A stretch of 40,569 nt of DNA from a virus. The DNA lies in IMG/VR virus record IMGVR_UViG_3300026962_000013, positions 1 to 40,569 of that record; one strand, 5' to 3'. The translations under genes and the position numbers were made by a program. Shown piece after piece: positions 6,402 to 16,911 of this stretch (position 1 is its first letter; every line of letters begins with the position of its first letter). The notes under the pieces are model-generated. The model was not told the origin of the DNA and made no database searches. It saw only the letters and a program-made list of their open reading frames with translations.

Positions 6402-8020
6402 GCACTACTGCCAACGTCGACCCGTCCGACGTCGACACCATCCGGGACGTCATGGCCCGGTACGCCAAGTCGACGGGCCCCGACCGGTACGCCCGCTTCA
6501 TCCAGGACCTCCTCGGTCTCCAGCGCACCTACGTCCAGGATCGCATCCTCGCGGCGCTACACGAGCACGAGCAAGTGGTCGTCGCCGGCGCGAACGGCGT
6601 CGGAAAGTCCTACATCGCCGCGGCAGGCGGGATCGCTGCGCTCCACTGCAACCCGGACACGATCGTCAACGTCACCGCCGGGACATCGGGAACGCTGAAG
6701 ACGAACATCTGGAAACCAGCACGATCGCTCTACCGTGGGAGCCCGCTGCCGACGATGTTCGGCGGGCGGACGATGGACGGCGATCGAGAGATCCAGACCG
6801 GCCTTGACGACGAGTGGTTCTTCGAGTGCGTCAGCCCCCGGTACCCCGACGACCTCCAGGGCCCACACAACGACCACGTCATCTACATCATCGAGGAGGC
6901 CGACAAGCCCGGTGTCACTGCAGACCACACCGAGGCCGTCCGGTCGACCGCCACCGACGAGAACGACCGCATCCTCGTCATCGCGAACCCGCCGGATGGG
7001 AGCGGCAACATCGTCCACGAACTGATCGAGAACGACGAGTGGCACCACCTCCAATTCCCCACCTGGGCTGCTCAACCCGTCCGCATCGACCGCGGCCTCG
7101 AGCCGGGAGCGCCGATCGGCGGGCTGGCGACAACGCACAAACTCGAGAAGGACTGGCAGGAGTACCACGACGAGGAATGGCCAGGTCTCGATCAGGCTAT
7201 TCGTTGGTCGGATCCGTGGCTCGGCGCCGAACCCGAGGAGCGCAGCGCCGTCCTCCCAGAGGACCTCGGAGACGTCCCGAACGACGAGTTTCGGGAAGAC
7301 CTCTCCTCGCTCTGGTACCGGCGTCGCTGCGGAATCGTCCCACCGGGCGGCGCGTCGGTTCTCCGCCCGATCGAGCCCAGTGATGTCCGGGCGGCCTACG
7401 ATCGCCAGCCTGCCGCCGTACGCGAGACGCCGCAGTCGGTCGGGATCGACGTCGCCAGGACTACAGACAACACCGTCATGCTCGGCGTCCACGATCTCGA
7501 GCTTCGCGTCCACTACGCCGAGCAAGGCGACAACCACGAGCAACAGAAGCCCGATGTCGTCGACGGAACGGCGTCGACGCCCGGCCTTGCTGAGTGGCCG
7601 GCGCCGGACATCGCCGTCGACAAGGGCTACGCCCCCGGCTTCCACGACTACGTCAACGACCGGTTCCCCAACGTCGTCGGGTTCCAGAACGGAACGAAGC
7701 CGATCGCCGAGACGCGCTGGTACGACAAATGGTCGGAGGCACTCCACCACTTCGGCGAGTTCCTCGAGGAAGGCGGCTCGATCGCCAGCCAGCAGCTCCG
7801 GAAGGAGGCGCTGGCAGCCGCCCGCGTCGTCCAGTACAAGGAGCGGACGCTGGACTCCCGGGGCAAGAACGGCGCCGAGGTCTATCAGGCGACCTCGAAG
7901 GAGGCGATCAAAGAGGAGCTCGGCCACTCGCCGGACTACCTGGACGCGGCCCTGATGGCCGTGTGGGTGGCCCGGACTGACGACCGCGACCAGAAGGCCA
8001 GCCCGACGTTCGGCTGGTAA
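6398..8020 (+). CDS. terL: Terminase large subunit
   Basis: Walker A GANGVGKS, Walker B IYIIEEAD, LVIANP coupling motif, nuclease GIDVAR and SPDYLDA; start at ATG 6398. Confidence 0.95.
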   Translation: MSTTANVDPSDVDTIRDVMARYAKSTGPDRYARFIQDLLGLQRTYVQDRILAALHEHEQVVVAGANGVGKSYIAAAGGIAALHCNPDTIVNVTAGTSGTLKTNIWKPARSLYRGSPLPTMFGGRTMDGDREIQTGLDDEWFFECVSPRYPDDLQGPHNDHVIYIIEEADKPGVTADHTEAVRSTATDENDRILVIANPPDGSGNIVHELIENDEWHHLQFPTWAAQPVRIDRGLEPGAPIGGLATTHKLEKDWQEYHDEEWPGLDQAIRWSDPWLGAEPEERSAVLPEDLGDVPNDEFREDLSSLWYRRRCGIVPPGGASVLRPIEPSDVRAAYDRQPAAVRETPQSVGIDVARTTDNTVMLGVHDLELRVHYAEQGDNHEQQKPDVVDGTASTPGLAEWPAPDIAVDKGYAPGFHDYVNDRFPNVVGFQNGTKPIAETRWYDKWSEALHHFGEFLEEGGSIASQQLRKEALAAARVVQYKERTLDSRGKNGAEVYQATSKEAIKEELGHSPDYLDAALMAVWVARTDDRDQKASPTFGW

Positions 8021-8040
8021 CCCAACGGAGGACATCATTC

Positions 8041-8370
8041 ATGGGACAACTCTACGACCGAGCGACGGATAGCGCGACTGGCCTGTCAGCGGGCGGGGCT
8101 CTCGGGCCGGTCGAAGTGAAGACAGCGGGGACGGCCGACGGCGTGACGATCGCCGTCGACGACGACGCGGGGAGCGCCGCGGCAAGCTACTCCCTCGAGA
8201 TCGAGGTCTACGACGAACCGCTCGACACCTGGTTCACCTACGAGAATGTCTCTGCGAGCACGAACCCGTCGTACACTACGGACGCCGTCGGCGACAAGGT
8301 CCGGGTAACACTCACCAACGAATCCGGCGCGGCGGACGACTTCCGCGTGCTCGCACGGTCCCACAAGTGA
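8041..8370 (+). CDS. Small beta-rich virion-module protein
   Basis: GGAG SD upstream; acidic, lies between terL and portal. Confidence 0.75.
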   Translation: MGQLYDRATDSATGLSAGGALGPVEVKTAGTADGVTIAVDDDAGSAAASYSLEIEVYDEPLDTWFTYENVSASTNPSYTTDAVGDKVRVTLTNESGAADDFRVLARSHK

Positions 8371-8383
8371 CCGACTACTCCTG

Positions 8384-10282
8384 ATGAGATCTGATCCATC
8401 GTCGAACGGCGAGCATCACCCAGAGGGTGATGACCAGCCACCGCTCCGCGGAAACGCCGACTTCGACCAGGGCCTCCGGATGGGCATCGCCGCGGCACTC
8501 GGCCACTCGGGCTTCGACGATCGCGACCGCTACGACGTCTTCGGATGGGAGGCCGACCCCGACGAGGACGAGTACCTCGGGCTCTACCTCCGAAACCCGT
8601 ACGCCCGGGCCGTGGTCGATCGACCGGCGACGGCCACCTGGCGCCACGCGCCGGACGTCGTCGACGATGCCGAGTCTGACGAGGCGACGGAGTTCGAGAC
8701 GACTGTCGAGAAACTGCAGCGGAGCCACGACGTCGACAGCTACGCGGAGCGCGCGGACCGCCTCGCGGGCATCGGCGAGTACGGTCTGCTGTTCATCGAC
8801 TTCGACGATACGGAGGAACTCGAGGACCTCGAGGGAGCCTACGATCCCGAAGACGCCACCCTCGACTCCATCCGTGGCTTCCGCGTCTACGCGCAGGCCC
8901 AAATCGACGACATCGACTACGGCGACTTCGGCGACGACCGCTGGGGGCGTCCGAAGTACTACCACGTCGACCTGACCGAAGACATCGACGACGACGCCGA
9001 CGAGGACGGCTACGCGAAAATCCACCACTCCCGGGTGGTCGCCGTGCCGAGTACACAGCTCCTCGACGACGAGGACAAGGCCCGCCCCCGGCTCGAGCCC
9101 GTCCTCAACCCGCTCTACGACATCGAGAAGACGCTCGGCGCCGTCGCCGAGGCAGCATACTCGAGCGCCAACTCCGACATCTGGCTCAACCAGAACCCCG
9201 ACCAGGTCGACCCCACCGACAACGACAATCTCCGCGACGAGTTCATGCGCTTCTACCACCAGGGGCAGCCCTTCCTCCGGACGGTCGGGTCCGACGTCGA
9301 GCAGCTTTCCGGTGAGGTGCAGGACCCGTCGGGGCTGATCGACACGGAGCTCTCGGCGATTGCCGCGCAGACGGGCATCCCGAAGCGGATCCTCTCGGGC
9401 GACGCTGCAGGCGAGCTCTCCGCGAGCCAGGAGGACACCCGACGCTGGTACGCCCGCATCCGCGAGCGTCAGCAGCAGTACGCGGCGCCGCTCCTCTTCA
9501 GGCCGCTGATCGACATGCTTCGGGAGTACGGCATCCTGCCGGAGCCCGCTGGCGGCACCTACGAGATCGGCTGGCCGGAGCTCTACGAGCCGACTGAGCA
9601 GGAGATCGCCGAGCGGCAGCAGGCTCGCAGCGAGACGGCGCGAAATCTATCGCAGGTGGCGCCGGGCTTCTCGGGTGACACGGCGATCGACTACATCGAG
9701 ACTGGCGAGTTCCCCGAGGAGGAGACGACGGCGGAGCTGGAGGACATGGACGAGGACGACCCCGACGTCAGCGCCCAGTTCCGTCGGCAGTACCTCCCGG
9801 ACGCCGTCGGGAACGCGACGCGCTACACCGAGGGCGACCAGGTGATGACCCCGCAGGGAATCGGCGTGGTCGCCGAGGTTCGCACCGAGCCGTTCGAGGG
9901 CAAGAACGGCGAGATCGAGGCCAGCGACTCCTCTCCCGTCTACGTCGTCGGGCTCAAAGACGAGCGCGTCGGCGTCGGGTTCTACACGGCCAGTGAGCTC
10001 GAGGCTGACGAGATCGAGACTGATGTCGAGGACCCGGTCGGGGACGTTCGCGCGAACGCCTGCGTCGGTCGCGACGACGTAACCGCGAACGACTGGTCGA
10101 TGCCGGAGAGCTGGCGCGAGTCGGACACGCCGGCGCGGCTGATCCTCCTCGACGCATGGTCGTCGATGGGAGGCCAGTTCGACTGCGGTGGCGGCTGTTG
10201 CATGGGCGAACTGAAGTCCCGCCGGCTGTGCGCCTCGATGAAGGACGAGGTGCTCGGCGGCTGGGAAGGCTGGCGGAGATGA
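8384..10282 (+). CDS. Portal protein with C-terminal extension
   Basis: RNPYARAVVDRPA and AAQTGIPKRILSG...ASQED..WY..I..RQ portal motifs; about 170 aa extra C-terminal region. Confidence 0.9.
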   Translation: MRSDPSSNGEHHPEGDDQPPLRGNADFDQGLRMGIAAALGHSGFDDRDRYDVFGWEADPDEDEYLGLYLRNPYARAVVDRPATATWRHAPDVVDDAESDEATEFETTVEKLQRSHDVDSYAERADRLAGIGEYGLLFIDFDDTEELEDLEGAYDPEDATLDSIRGFRVYAQAQIDDIDYGDFGDDRWGRPKYYHVDLTEDIDDDADEDGYAKIHHSRVVAVPSTQLLDDEDKARPRLEPVLNPLYDIEKTLGAVAEAAYSSANSDIWLNQNPDQVDPTDNDNLRDEFMRFYHQGQPFLRTVGSDVEQLSGEVQDPSGLIDTELSAIAAQTGIPKRILSGDAAGELSASQEDTRRWYARIRERQQQYAAPLLFRPLIDMLREYGILPEPAGGTYEIGWPELYEPTEQEIAERQQARSETARNLSQVAPGFSGDTAIDYIETGEFPEEETTAELEDMDEDDPDVSAQFRRQYLPDAVGNATRYTEGDQVMTPQGIGVVAEVRTEPFEGKNGEIEASDSSPVYVVGLKDERVGVGFYTASELEADEIETDVEDPVGDVRANACVGRDDVTANDWSMPESWRESDTPARLILLDAWSSMGGQFDCGGGCCMGELKSRRLCASMKDEVLGGWEGWRR

Positions 10283-10289
10283 GGCTGAC

Positions 10290-11228
10290 ATGAGCCAGGC
10301 ACACTCCCACCCAACCGTCACCGCCAACCGGGCGGGCCGGGCGACGTCGACCGTCGTCGAGCAGGACTTCCTCCAGGAGATCAGGCGGCGCTTCCGCGCC
10401 GTCCGCGGGCTCGTCCGCCGCACGGTCGGCTACCAGAACGACGCCCTGGGCCTTCGGGCAAACGCCGAGGAACGCGCTGCGTTCGACTTCCCGACCGACG
10501 AAGGGAAGGCCGCACAGTTCGCCCGATGGCTTCGGCAGGTCCTCCGAGACGAGGTCCTCGAGCCCGTCCAGGGGCGTGCCGTAGCGGACGGAGGCCACTG
10601 GACGGCGCCGTACATCCGCGCGGCCGTCACCCGTGGCGCCAACCAGGCGACGGGGTTGCTGTTCCAGGAAGGCGCCAGCGTCGAGAACATCCCCGACGAC
10701 GAGCTCCTCGAGCGGCCGATCTACCAGCGTACCCTCCGCGACCTCCACACACGGACGTACGAGAACCTCGAAGCCGTCACCGAGGAGGCGGCGCCGCAGG
10801 TCCGCGAGACGCTCACGCAGGGCTTCGCCGAGGGATGGAATCCCCGGAAGATGGCTAGGAAGCTCACCGGGGAGATCCGCGACATCCAGCACACCCGCGC
10901 GGAGACGCTGGCGCGGACCGAAACGATCGAGGCACACTCGGATGCAACCCTCGCGACCTACGAGCGGGCCGGCGTTGATGTCGTCGGTCACGGTGAGTGG
11001 GCTGTGGGGGGTGCGAACATCTGCGATTTCTGCAAACGCCTCGCTGGAGCCGCCCTGACGATCGAAGAAATGCGGACCGGCGCGGTCGAATGGCGCGGGC
11101 AGGTCTACCGGCTGAAACCAGCCGCGCACCCGAATGGTAAGTGCGTCATCCTCCCAGTGGTCGGCGCTTCCCCGCCCACGTCGCCGCTCGCGACGCGCGT
11201 CCCGGGCACGGTTCTCAGTGGAGCATGA
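10290..11228 (+). CDS. Minor head morphogenesis protein (Mu gpF / SPP1 gp7-like)
   Basis: RAETLARTETIEAH and terminal PAAHPNGKC motifs. Confidence 0.9.
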   Translation: MSQAHSHPTVTANRAGRATSTVVEQDFLQEIRRRFRAVRGLVRRTVGYQNDALGLRANAEERAAFDFPTDEGKAAQFARWLRQVLRDEVLEPVQGRAVADGGHWTAPYIRAAVTRGANQATGLLFQEGASVENIPDDELLERPIYQRTLRDLHTRTYENLEAVTEEAAPQVRETLTQGFAEGWNPRKMARKLTGEIRDIQHTRAETLARTETIEAHSDATLATYERAGVDVVGHGEWAVGGANICDFCKRLAGAALTIEEMRTGAVEWRGQVYRLKPAAHPNGKCVILPVVGASPPTSPLATRVPGTVLSGA

Positions 11229-12877
11229 CCATGCACGTCATCAGTAACTCGGTCACCCCGAACACGGTTAGAGAGGAGACCCGCGGCGGCGATCGCTACC
11301 TCATCGTCGAGGACGTCCCGTTCGTCCGCGCGATGAACCTCGTCGGGGGGTACGTCCCCGATGATGAGATCCGGTCGAACACCGACCGGTGGGAGGGCAA
11401 GCCGCTGACGGCGAACCACCCACGGAACGAACCGGGCAAGCCCTGGTACGACGAGGACCGACCGGACAACACGCCTATCCCGATCACGACGAGCGAGGCC
11501 GTCCAGCGCGAGTACGCCGTCGGCGAGGCAGAGAACCCGAGCTACGACGGCACCTGGACGCGTGTTGACATGGCGATCAACGCCGACGTCGCGACGGCGA
11601 TGGGCGGCCACGCAGCCGACATCATCTCGAAGATCGAGAACGGCGAGCCGTTCGGCGTCTCCTCGCAGTACGTCCCACGGACGCTCCCCGCCGGCGAGTA
11701 CGACGGCCAGCACCGGGCAAACGTCGAGGGAATCCAGCGGCCGGACAGCATCGCCCTCCTGCCGCACAAGCGGGGGCAGTGCTCGCGAGCTGACGGCTGC
11801 GGTATCAACCCCGAAGTGGCGGCGAACGCCGTCGACGCGGAGGGTGTCCGCGTCCCGATCGGCGGCTCGGGAACCGATGACCCCACCGGAGCGAGGCCTT
11901 CCGGCAGCGACACTTCAGCTATGCACGCGAACGCCACCGCGGACGGCATCGAGTGGTCCGGAACGGCCGGGGGCGACCTGGAGGTCTCCGAGATCCCCAA
12001 CGACGACTACGCGACGCACTTCGTCTTCGACGAGGAGACGAAGTCCGACAGTTCGTTCCCGCTCGTCGACGCCGAGGGCAACCTCCGACGGGAGAACGTC
12101 GCGGCGGCGTTTCGATTCCGTGACGACGCACCGGACACCGAGGCGCTCCTCGACGTCCTGTCGGCCGTCAACGACGAGTTCGACGACCCCCCGATCGACC
12201 CCGAGAGTCTGGCGGAGGCTCGTGGGGTGAGCGGGAACAGCGTCCTGTCGTGGGGCTACGAGACCATCCAGACGTTCCTCGGGAAAGCGGTCGACGATGC
12301 CCAGACGGCGAACGAACCGAGCGGAAACGAACCGGCGGAATACGGCGTGGAATCCAGCCCGCAGGACGCGGGCACTACCATGGAACGAGATACACTGATC
12401 GAGGAAATCACGGCGAACAGCCCGCTCACCGAGGAGAGCCTCGAGGAGCGGTGCGATGACGGCCTCGAGGCGATCCACGAGGACGTCATGGCAGCAAACG
12501 ACCACAGTGGCGCGGACGACGACAACGACGACCAGGCCACCAACGTGACCAACGACGAGAACTACGCCACCCAGGACGATCTCGACGAGCTGCGGGAGGA
12601 GATCCCGTCGACCGACGAGATCGCCGAGGCGGTGGCCGCGAACCAGGCGGACAGTGAGAAGACCGAGATGGCCGAGGAGATCGTCGCCAACTCCGCGGAG
12701 TACGACGATGTCGAGGAAGTCCAGGAGGACTTCCCCACGACGGCGTCGCTGCGGACGAAGCGCGACTCACTCACCAGCGGCGCCGGTGCGGTGCCGGCCG
12801 GCGGCGTCGTCGGCAACGCCGATGTCGACGACAGCGAGACGGACACCGACGACGTCCCCGCGGGGGTGTTTAACTGA
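11225..12877 (+). CDS. Prohead protease (DUF2213-like) fused to scaffold
   Basis: WEGKPLTANHP, GVSSQY and SIALLP...GQCS...GCG motifs; acidic helical C-terminal half; start at ATG 11225 or 11231. Confidence 0.85.
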   Translation: MTMHVISNSVTPNTVREETRGGDRYLIVEDVPFVRAMNLVGGYVPDDEIRSNTDRWEGKPLTANHPRNEPGKPWYDEDRPDNTPIPITTSEAVQREYAVGEAENPSYDGTWTRVDMAINADVATAMGGHAADIISKIENGEPFGVSSQYVPRTLPAGEYDGQHRANVEGIQRPDSIALLPHKRGQCSRADGCGINPEVAANAVDAEGVRVPIGGSGTDDPTGARPSGSDTSAMHANATADGIEWSGTAGGDLEVSEIPNDDYATHFVFDEETKSDSSFPLVDAEGNLRRENVAAAFRFRDDAPDTEALLDVLSAVNDEFDDPPIDPESLAEARGVSGNSVLSWGYETIQTFLGKAVDDAQTANEPSGNEPAEYGVESSPQDAGTTMERDTLIEEITANSPLTEESLEERCDDGLEAIHEDVMAANDHSGADDDNDDQATNVTNDENYATQDDLDELREEIPSTDEIAEAVAANQADSEKTEMAEEIVANSAEYDDVEEVQEDFPTTASLRTKRDSLTSGAGAVPAGGVVGNADVDDSETDTDDVPAGVFN

Positions 12878-13404
12878 TGCCCACCACGCACAGCGACGTC
12901 GAGATCATCGCGTCGGGCCCCTACGAGTACGAAGAGGCAGAGGTCGCCTCCGGTGCAACCGTCTACCCGGGGATGATTCTCGAGAAGACGGGCGAGAACA
13001 GCGACTACGAGGAGACACCGCTGGTCCAGCCGGTCAGCAGCGTCGAGAAGATCGGCGAGAACTTCATCGTGGCGCTGACGCCGGAGTCGCCGCCCCGTGG
13101 CTCTGACACGGATATCCCGCGAGAGCACGAGTACGACGCTGGCGAGTCGATCCAGATCGCCGTCTGCCAGCCGGGGTGCAAGGTGCAGAACGCACTCCTC
13201 GCGGACGGTGGCGTCCTGGCGTCGTCCGGAGACGCGAACGTCTCCTACGACGCCGCGCTCGGCAGCAACGACGACGGCACCCTGCAGGTGACTACGGCCG
13301 CGGGAAGCACGCTCGCCCGCGCCCGTGAGGCGGTTGACAACAGCACCGGCGGGGGAGGCGAGGGTGGCGTCGACGCCGCCCGCATCAACGTGGAGGTGGT
13401 CTAA
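12877..13404 (+). CDS. Capsid decoration/stabilising protein (putative)
   Basis: Position between protease and MCP; VYPGM...V motif; beta-rich. Confidence 0.75.
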   Translation: MPTTHSDVEIIASGPYEYEEAEVASGATVYPGMILEKTGENSDYEETPLVQPVSSVEKIGENFIVALTPESPPRGSDTDIPREHEYDAGESIQIAVCQPGCKVQNALLADGGVLASSGDANVSYDAALGSNDDGTLQVTTAAGSTLARAREAVDNSTGGGGEGGVDAARINVEVV

Positions 13405-13405
13405 C

Positions 13406-14587
13406 ATGACGAGTGTCTCAGCCAACCGCAGCACCATCGACGAGATCGAACTGTCGCAGGGCCAGGAGATGGCCCTCGCGGCCAACGACGCACAGCAGGA
13501 ACAGCTGCTCACGCAGATCCGCGCGAACGCGATCGAGAGCGCCAAGCGGAAGTACGGCGCCCGCGCGGCGAAGTGGCAGAAGCGCGCCTTCTCCGCGCTC
13601 GACAAGGCGTTCCTCCAGGGCTTCTACGAGGAGCCGACGTCGCGCCCGTCGGCGATCCGCGCGAACGACCAGATCCTCGACTGGGAGGAGTGGGAGGACC
13701 GCGCCGAGGACACGCTCCAGGAGGTTCGCTACAACCTCACGATGGTCGACGACGTCCTCCAGGCGGCCTACACGGTCGACTCCTCGCTGGCGCGGACGGT
13801 CTACGTCCGCCAGCGCGAGGGGACCTGGAACAACCGCGGCGAGCGGAGCATGGACGGTCGTGCCCGTAGCGCCAACGACGAGGCGCCGCTGGACTACATC
13901 GGCACGCCGCTCCCCATCTCGCACGTCGACTACGACATCTCGGCTCGCAAGCAGCAGGAGTCGATGAACTTCGGCGAGGACGTCGAGACGCGGAAGGCGC
14001 GCCACGCCGGCCGCGTGCTGCGCGAGCTCGAGGAGGAGCAGATGCAGAGCGGCTGGGGGCCGACGGTCCCCGACTCGAACGGCAACGACCTGTCGATGTA
14101 CGGGTACAAGGACTCGACCGTCGCCATCACCGGCACGGCCGCAGGAGACTGGGGGACGGCGTCGAACATCCTCACCACCATCGACGACGACATCCTCAAC
14201 CCGCTGGAGACGCAGACGGCGGACAACAACCGCGGCCCGGACCCCGAGTCCCAGGGCGCGTGGCTGTACTTCCACCCGAACCAGCGGAGCGACCTGCGCG
14301 CCGCCGACCCGCGCGGCGACGGCAACATGTCCGTCCGCCAGCGCATCGAGCAGGACTACCCGTTCCTCGACCTCCGCGCGAGCGGCGTCCTCTCAGACGG
14401 CGAGGTCATCTGCGTCGTCAAGGACCCGCGCTTCGTCGAGGTCATCAACGCGCAGGGGCTGACGAACCTCTCCGAAGAGGTTGACATGGGCCTCGCGACG
14501 GAGTACAAGGCGCTCTCCTGCCGGGTGCCCTTCCTCAAGAGCACTTACGACGGCGTGAAGGGCGTCACCTACGTCACGGGGGCCTGA
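13406..14587 (+). CDS. Major capsid protein (HK97 fold)
   Basis: 393 aa from ATG 13406; position; PLPISHVDYDISARK and VPFLKSTYDGVKG patterns of encapsulin-like phage MCPs. Confidence 0.88.
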   Translation: MTSVSANRSTIDEIELSQGQEMALAANDAQQEQLLTQIRANAIESAKRKYGARAAKWQKRAFSALDKAFLQGFYEEPTSRPSAIRANDQILDWEEWEDRAEDTLQEVRYNLTMVDDVLQAAYTVDSSLARTVYVRQREGTWNNRGERSMDGRARSANDEAPLDYIGTPLPISHVDYDISARKQQESMNFGEDVETRKARHAGRVLRELEEEQMQSGWGPTVPDSNGNDLSMYGYKDSTVAITGTAAGDWGTASNILTTIDDDILNPLETQTADNNRGPDPESQGAWLYFHPNQRSDLRAADPRGDGNMSVRQRIEQDYPFLDLRASGVLSDGEVICVVKDPRFVEVINAQGLTNLSEEVDMGLATEYKALSCRVPFLKSTYDGVKGVTYVTGA

Positions 14588-14588
14588 G

Positions 14589-14993
14589 ATGGCGACCTAC
14601 CGCTGGACTGGCGACGGACGCTTCCGCGTCGGCGCCACTGGCGAGGAGGTCGCCCCCGGCGAGACGGTCGAACTCGACGAGCACGCCGGCGATCCGAACG
14701 ACGAACTCGTCCGGGTGGAGGAGGATACCGCAGAGGTGGAGGACGAGACCGAGACCGACGAGGCGGACGGCGTGCCCCAGACCACGGAGTCCGACGCCGC
14801 CGACGGGGGCGGCGATGCCGACGACGAGCGAACGCCGCTGGCCGAGATGACCGTCGACGATATCGAGGACGCCGTCGGGAACGTCGACGACATCGAGACG
14901 CTCGAGGCGATGCGCCACGACGAGGCGGATAGCAAGGACCGCACGACGGCGATCGAAGCGATCGACGACCGCATCGACGAACTCGAATCGTAA
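14589..14993 (+). CDS. Acidic capsid-associated protein with C-terminal helical domain
   Basis: Immediately after MCP; acidic linker. Confidence 0.75.
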   Translation: MATYRWTGDGRFRVGATGEEVAPGETVELDEHAGDPNDELVRVEEDTAEVEDETETDEADGVPQTTESDAADGGGDADDERTPLAEMTVDDIEDAVGNVDDIETLEAMRHDEADSKDRTTAIEAIDDRIDELES

Positions 14994-15008
14994 CCCCACC
15001 CTTCTCCC

Positions 15009-15380
15009 ATGACAGTCCAGGACTCCGACGTCGAGGAGCACCTGCGGTCCAGCGAGATCACGGACTTCAGTGCGTTCATCGGCGCGGCCGGCCGGATGTA
15101 CGACAACCTGACCAGTGACGACACCGTGGCCACCGAGGTTCGCGACGACGTCGTCGCGCTCCTGGCGGCCCACCTGGTCGCGACCGGCCCGGAGCGCCAG
15201 ATCAGCAGCGCCGGCGAGGGAGACGGCAACGTTTCCTTCGAAGGCGAGACTGGCGAGGGGCTGTCGGCGACGACACTCGGGCAGATGGCCCAGACACTCG
15301 ACCCGACGGGAGAGCTGGCGACGAGCGACAAGCCCTCCGCGTCGGTGGGCGTCCCGGACGTCAAGGGAATCGACGACTGA
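15009..15380 (+). CDS. Head-tail adaptor (putative)
   Basis: Position; LLAAHL and TTLGQMA motifs typical of adaptors. Confidence 0.75.
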   Translation: MTVQDSDVEEHLRSSEITDFSAFIGAAGRMYDNLTSDDTVATEVRDDVVALLAAHLVATGPERQISSAGEGDGNVSFEGETGEGLSATTLGQMAQTLDPTGELATSDKPSASVGVPDVKGIDD

Positions 15381-15826
15381 TGACCGACTTTTCCCACAAC
15401 CTCGACGGCCTCGAGGACCAGGTCACCGACCTGGAACGCGAAGAAGAACAGTGGGATGACAGCACTGCGTGGTTCGTGGGCACCGCCGTCGAGTACTCGG
15501 TCTACCTCGAGTTCGGCACGTCGAAGATGGACCCGAAACCGTTCTTCCGCCCCGTGTTACACGAGGTCGAGGCCAAGGGCGTCGGCCCCTTCCTCGAGGA
15601 ACACACCCGAACGTCGATCGGGGACATCGACTCGTTGGACGAGCTCGTCGAGACGTTGGCGTTCGCCATCGAGCGTCGGGTGAAGATGGTCATCACGCGG
15701 AAAGGCTTGATCGACACGGGGACCCTGCGGGCGTCGGTGCAGGCCGTGCCTGGGTCGCCGTCAGAGCTGCCGTCGGCTGACGAGGTCGACCCGTCAGCAT
15801 CCGCGAGCCTGGCGGTGTCGGCATGA
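15380..15826 (+). CDS. HK97 gp10-like tail completion protein
   Basis: VGTAVEYSVYLEFGTSKMDPKPFFRP motif. Confidence 0.85.
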   Translation: MTDFSHNLDGLEDQVTDLEREEEQWDDSTAWFVGTAVEYSVYLEFGTSKMDPKPFFRPVLHEVEAKGVGPFLEEHTRTSIGDIDSLDELVETLAFAIERRVKMVITRKGLIDTGTLRASVQAVPGSPSELPSADEVDPSASASLAVSA

Positions 15827-16209
15827 CCCGTGACCGGGTGGCGAACGCCCTCCGCCGCGCCCACTCCACCGTCCTCGCGAACACGACGATCGACGTCTAC
15901 CCGCCCACGGAGACCCATACCCAAGGCGAGGGCTGGACCGTCACCTATCCCAACACACCGACGGCATCGTACGACGCCCGCATCGACTCCCCATCCCCCG
16001 ACGCCGAACGGGACCGCGGCGGGACAACAGCGGAGATCGATGTCGTAATCCGCGTTCGCGATGACACCGGCCAAACCTGGACCGGCTGGGGCGAGAACAC
16101 CGAGGCCGCCGTCCGCGTCGAGGACACGGGCGACGGCACGCGGTACGAGGTACAATCAGTCGTCGACCCGCACAACGGGACGATCGAACTCGAGGCCGTC
16201 GAGGTGTAA
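15823..16209 (+). CDS. Head closure protein (putative)
   Basis: Position; beta-rich with RYEVQSVVD motif. Confidence 0.7.
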   Translation: MTRDRVANALRRAHSTVLANTTIDVYPPTETHTQGEGWTVTYPNTPTASYDARIDSPSPDAERDRGGTTAEIDVVIRVRDDTGQTWTGWGENTEAAVRVEDTGDGTRYEVQSVVDPHNGTIELEAVEV

Positions 16210-16212
16210 CCA

Positions 16213-16737
16213 ATGCCACGACTCCCGCAGCGCCCGGCCCAGTACTTCATCGACGAACTCCTCATTCCGGACTGGGACCCCAGCGGCGCGTTGGGGTACG
16301 ACCCCACGGCATCGCCCAGTGACGAGGCGTTCCTGGACGTCGCGACCAGCCTCGAGGATGTCGGCGCCCACTACCCCACGCTCGTCGTCACCTACAGCAA
16401 CGAGACCAGCGGCGGTGAAACCACGTACGATTTTCTCACCACGCAGGGCCCGGGCCAGCAGCGCGACGGGCAGCTCGTCGCGACGGCGCGCGCCGAGGAT
16501 GGGCGGGAGTACACTGGGGATGCGGCATCGTACGCCGCCGTCGACGCCGAGGCGATCGTCTACGCGTTGACGAGCGAGGTCGAGGATGTCTGCCTGCGCA
16601 ACGCGCAGGGGGCCGACACCCGGTTCAGTTATGTGGGCAGTCAACCCGGGCCGGACGTTCCCGACGACTTCGACGCGCCGCCGACGGTCCGCCTCGAGGA
16701 CTGCACGGTCGCCTACGGCTGGGACCGCTCGCCGTAG
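16213..16737 (+). CDS. Tail terminator (putative)
   Basis: Position before tail tube; acidic. Confidence 0.7.
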   Translation: MPRLPQRPAQYFIDELLIPDWDPSGALGYDPTASPSDEAFLDVATSLEDVGAHYPTLVVTYSNETSGGETTYDFLTTQGPGQQRDGQLVATARAEDGREYTGDAASYAAVDAEAIVYALTSEVEDVCLRNAQGADTRFSYVGSQPGPDVPDDFDAPPTVRLEDCTVAYGWDRSP

Positions 16738-16749
16738 TGGAGACCTACC

Positions 16750-16911
16750 ATGTTCATCACCTGCACGAACGACGCCACGCGGAGTCTGAAGCTCCCGTGG
16801 ATGACGGAGAAAGTCGAGTTCGCGTCGACGGGGACGGCACAGGTCTCCCAGGACGTGGGCGAGCGCCTCGTCGACGAACTCGACGCCATCGAAGCGGTCG
16901 ATAACTCATGA
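16750..16911 (+). CDS. Small hypothetical protein (53 aa, MFITCTND...)
   Basis: Translated by hand; GGAG SD upstream; stop overlaps tail tube ATG. Confidence 0.65.
   Translation: MFITCTNDATRSLKLPWMTEKVEFASTGTAQVSQDVGERLVDELDAIEAVDNS

Noticed and set aside
6557-15397. Long antisense ORFs opposite terminase, portal, capsid and other genes
   Set aside because: Shadow ORFs produced by the GAC/GTC-rich codon bias of high-GC haloarchaeal genes.
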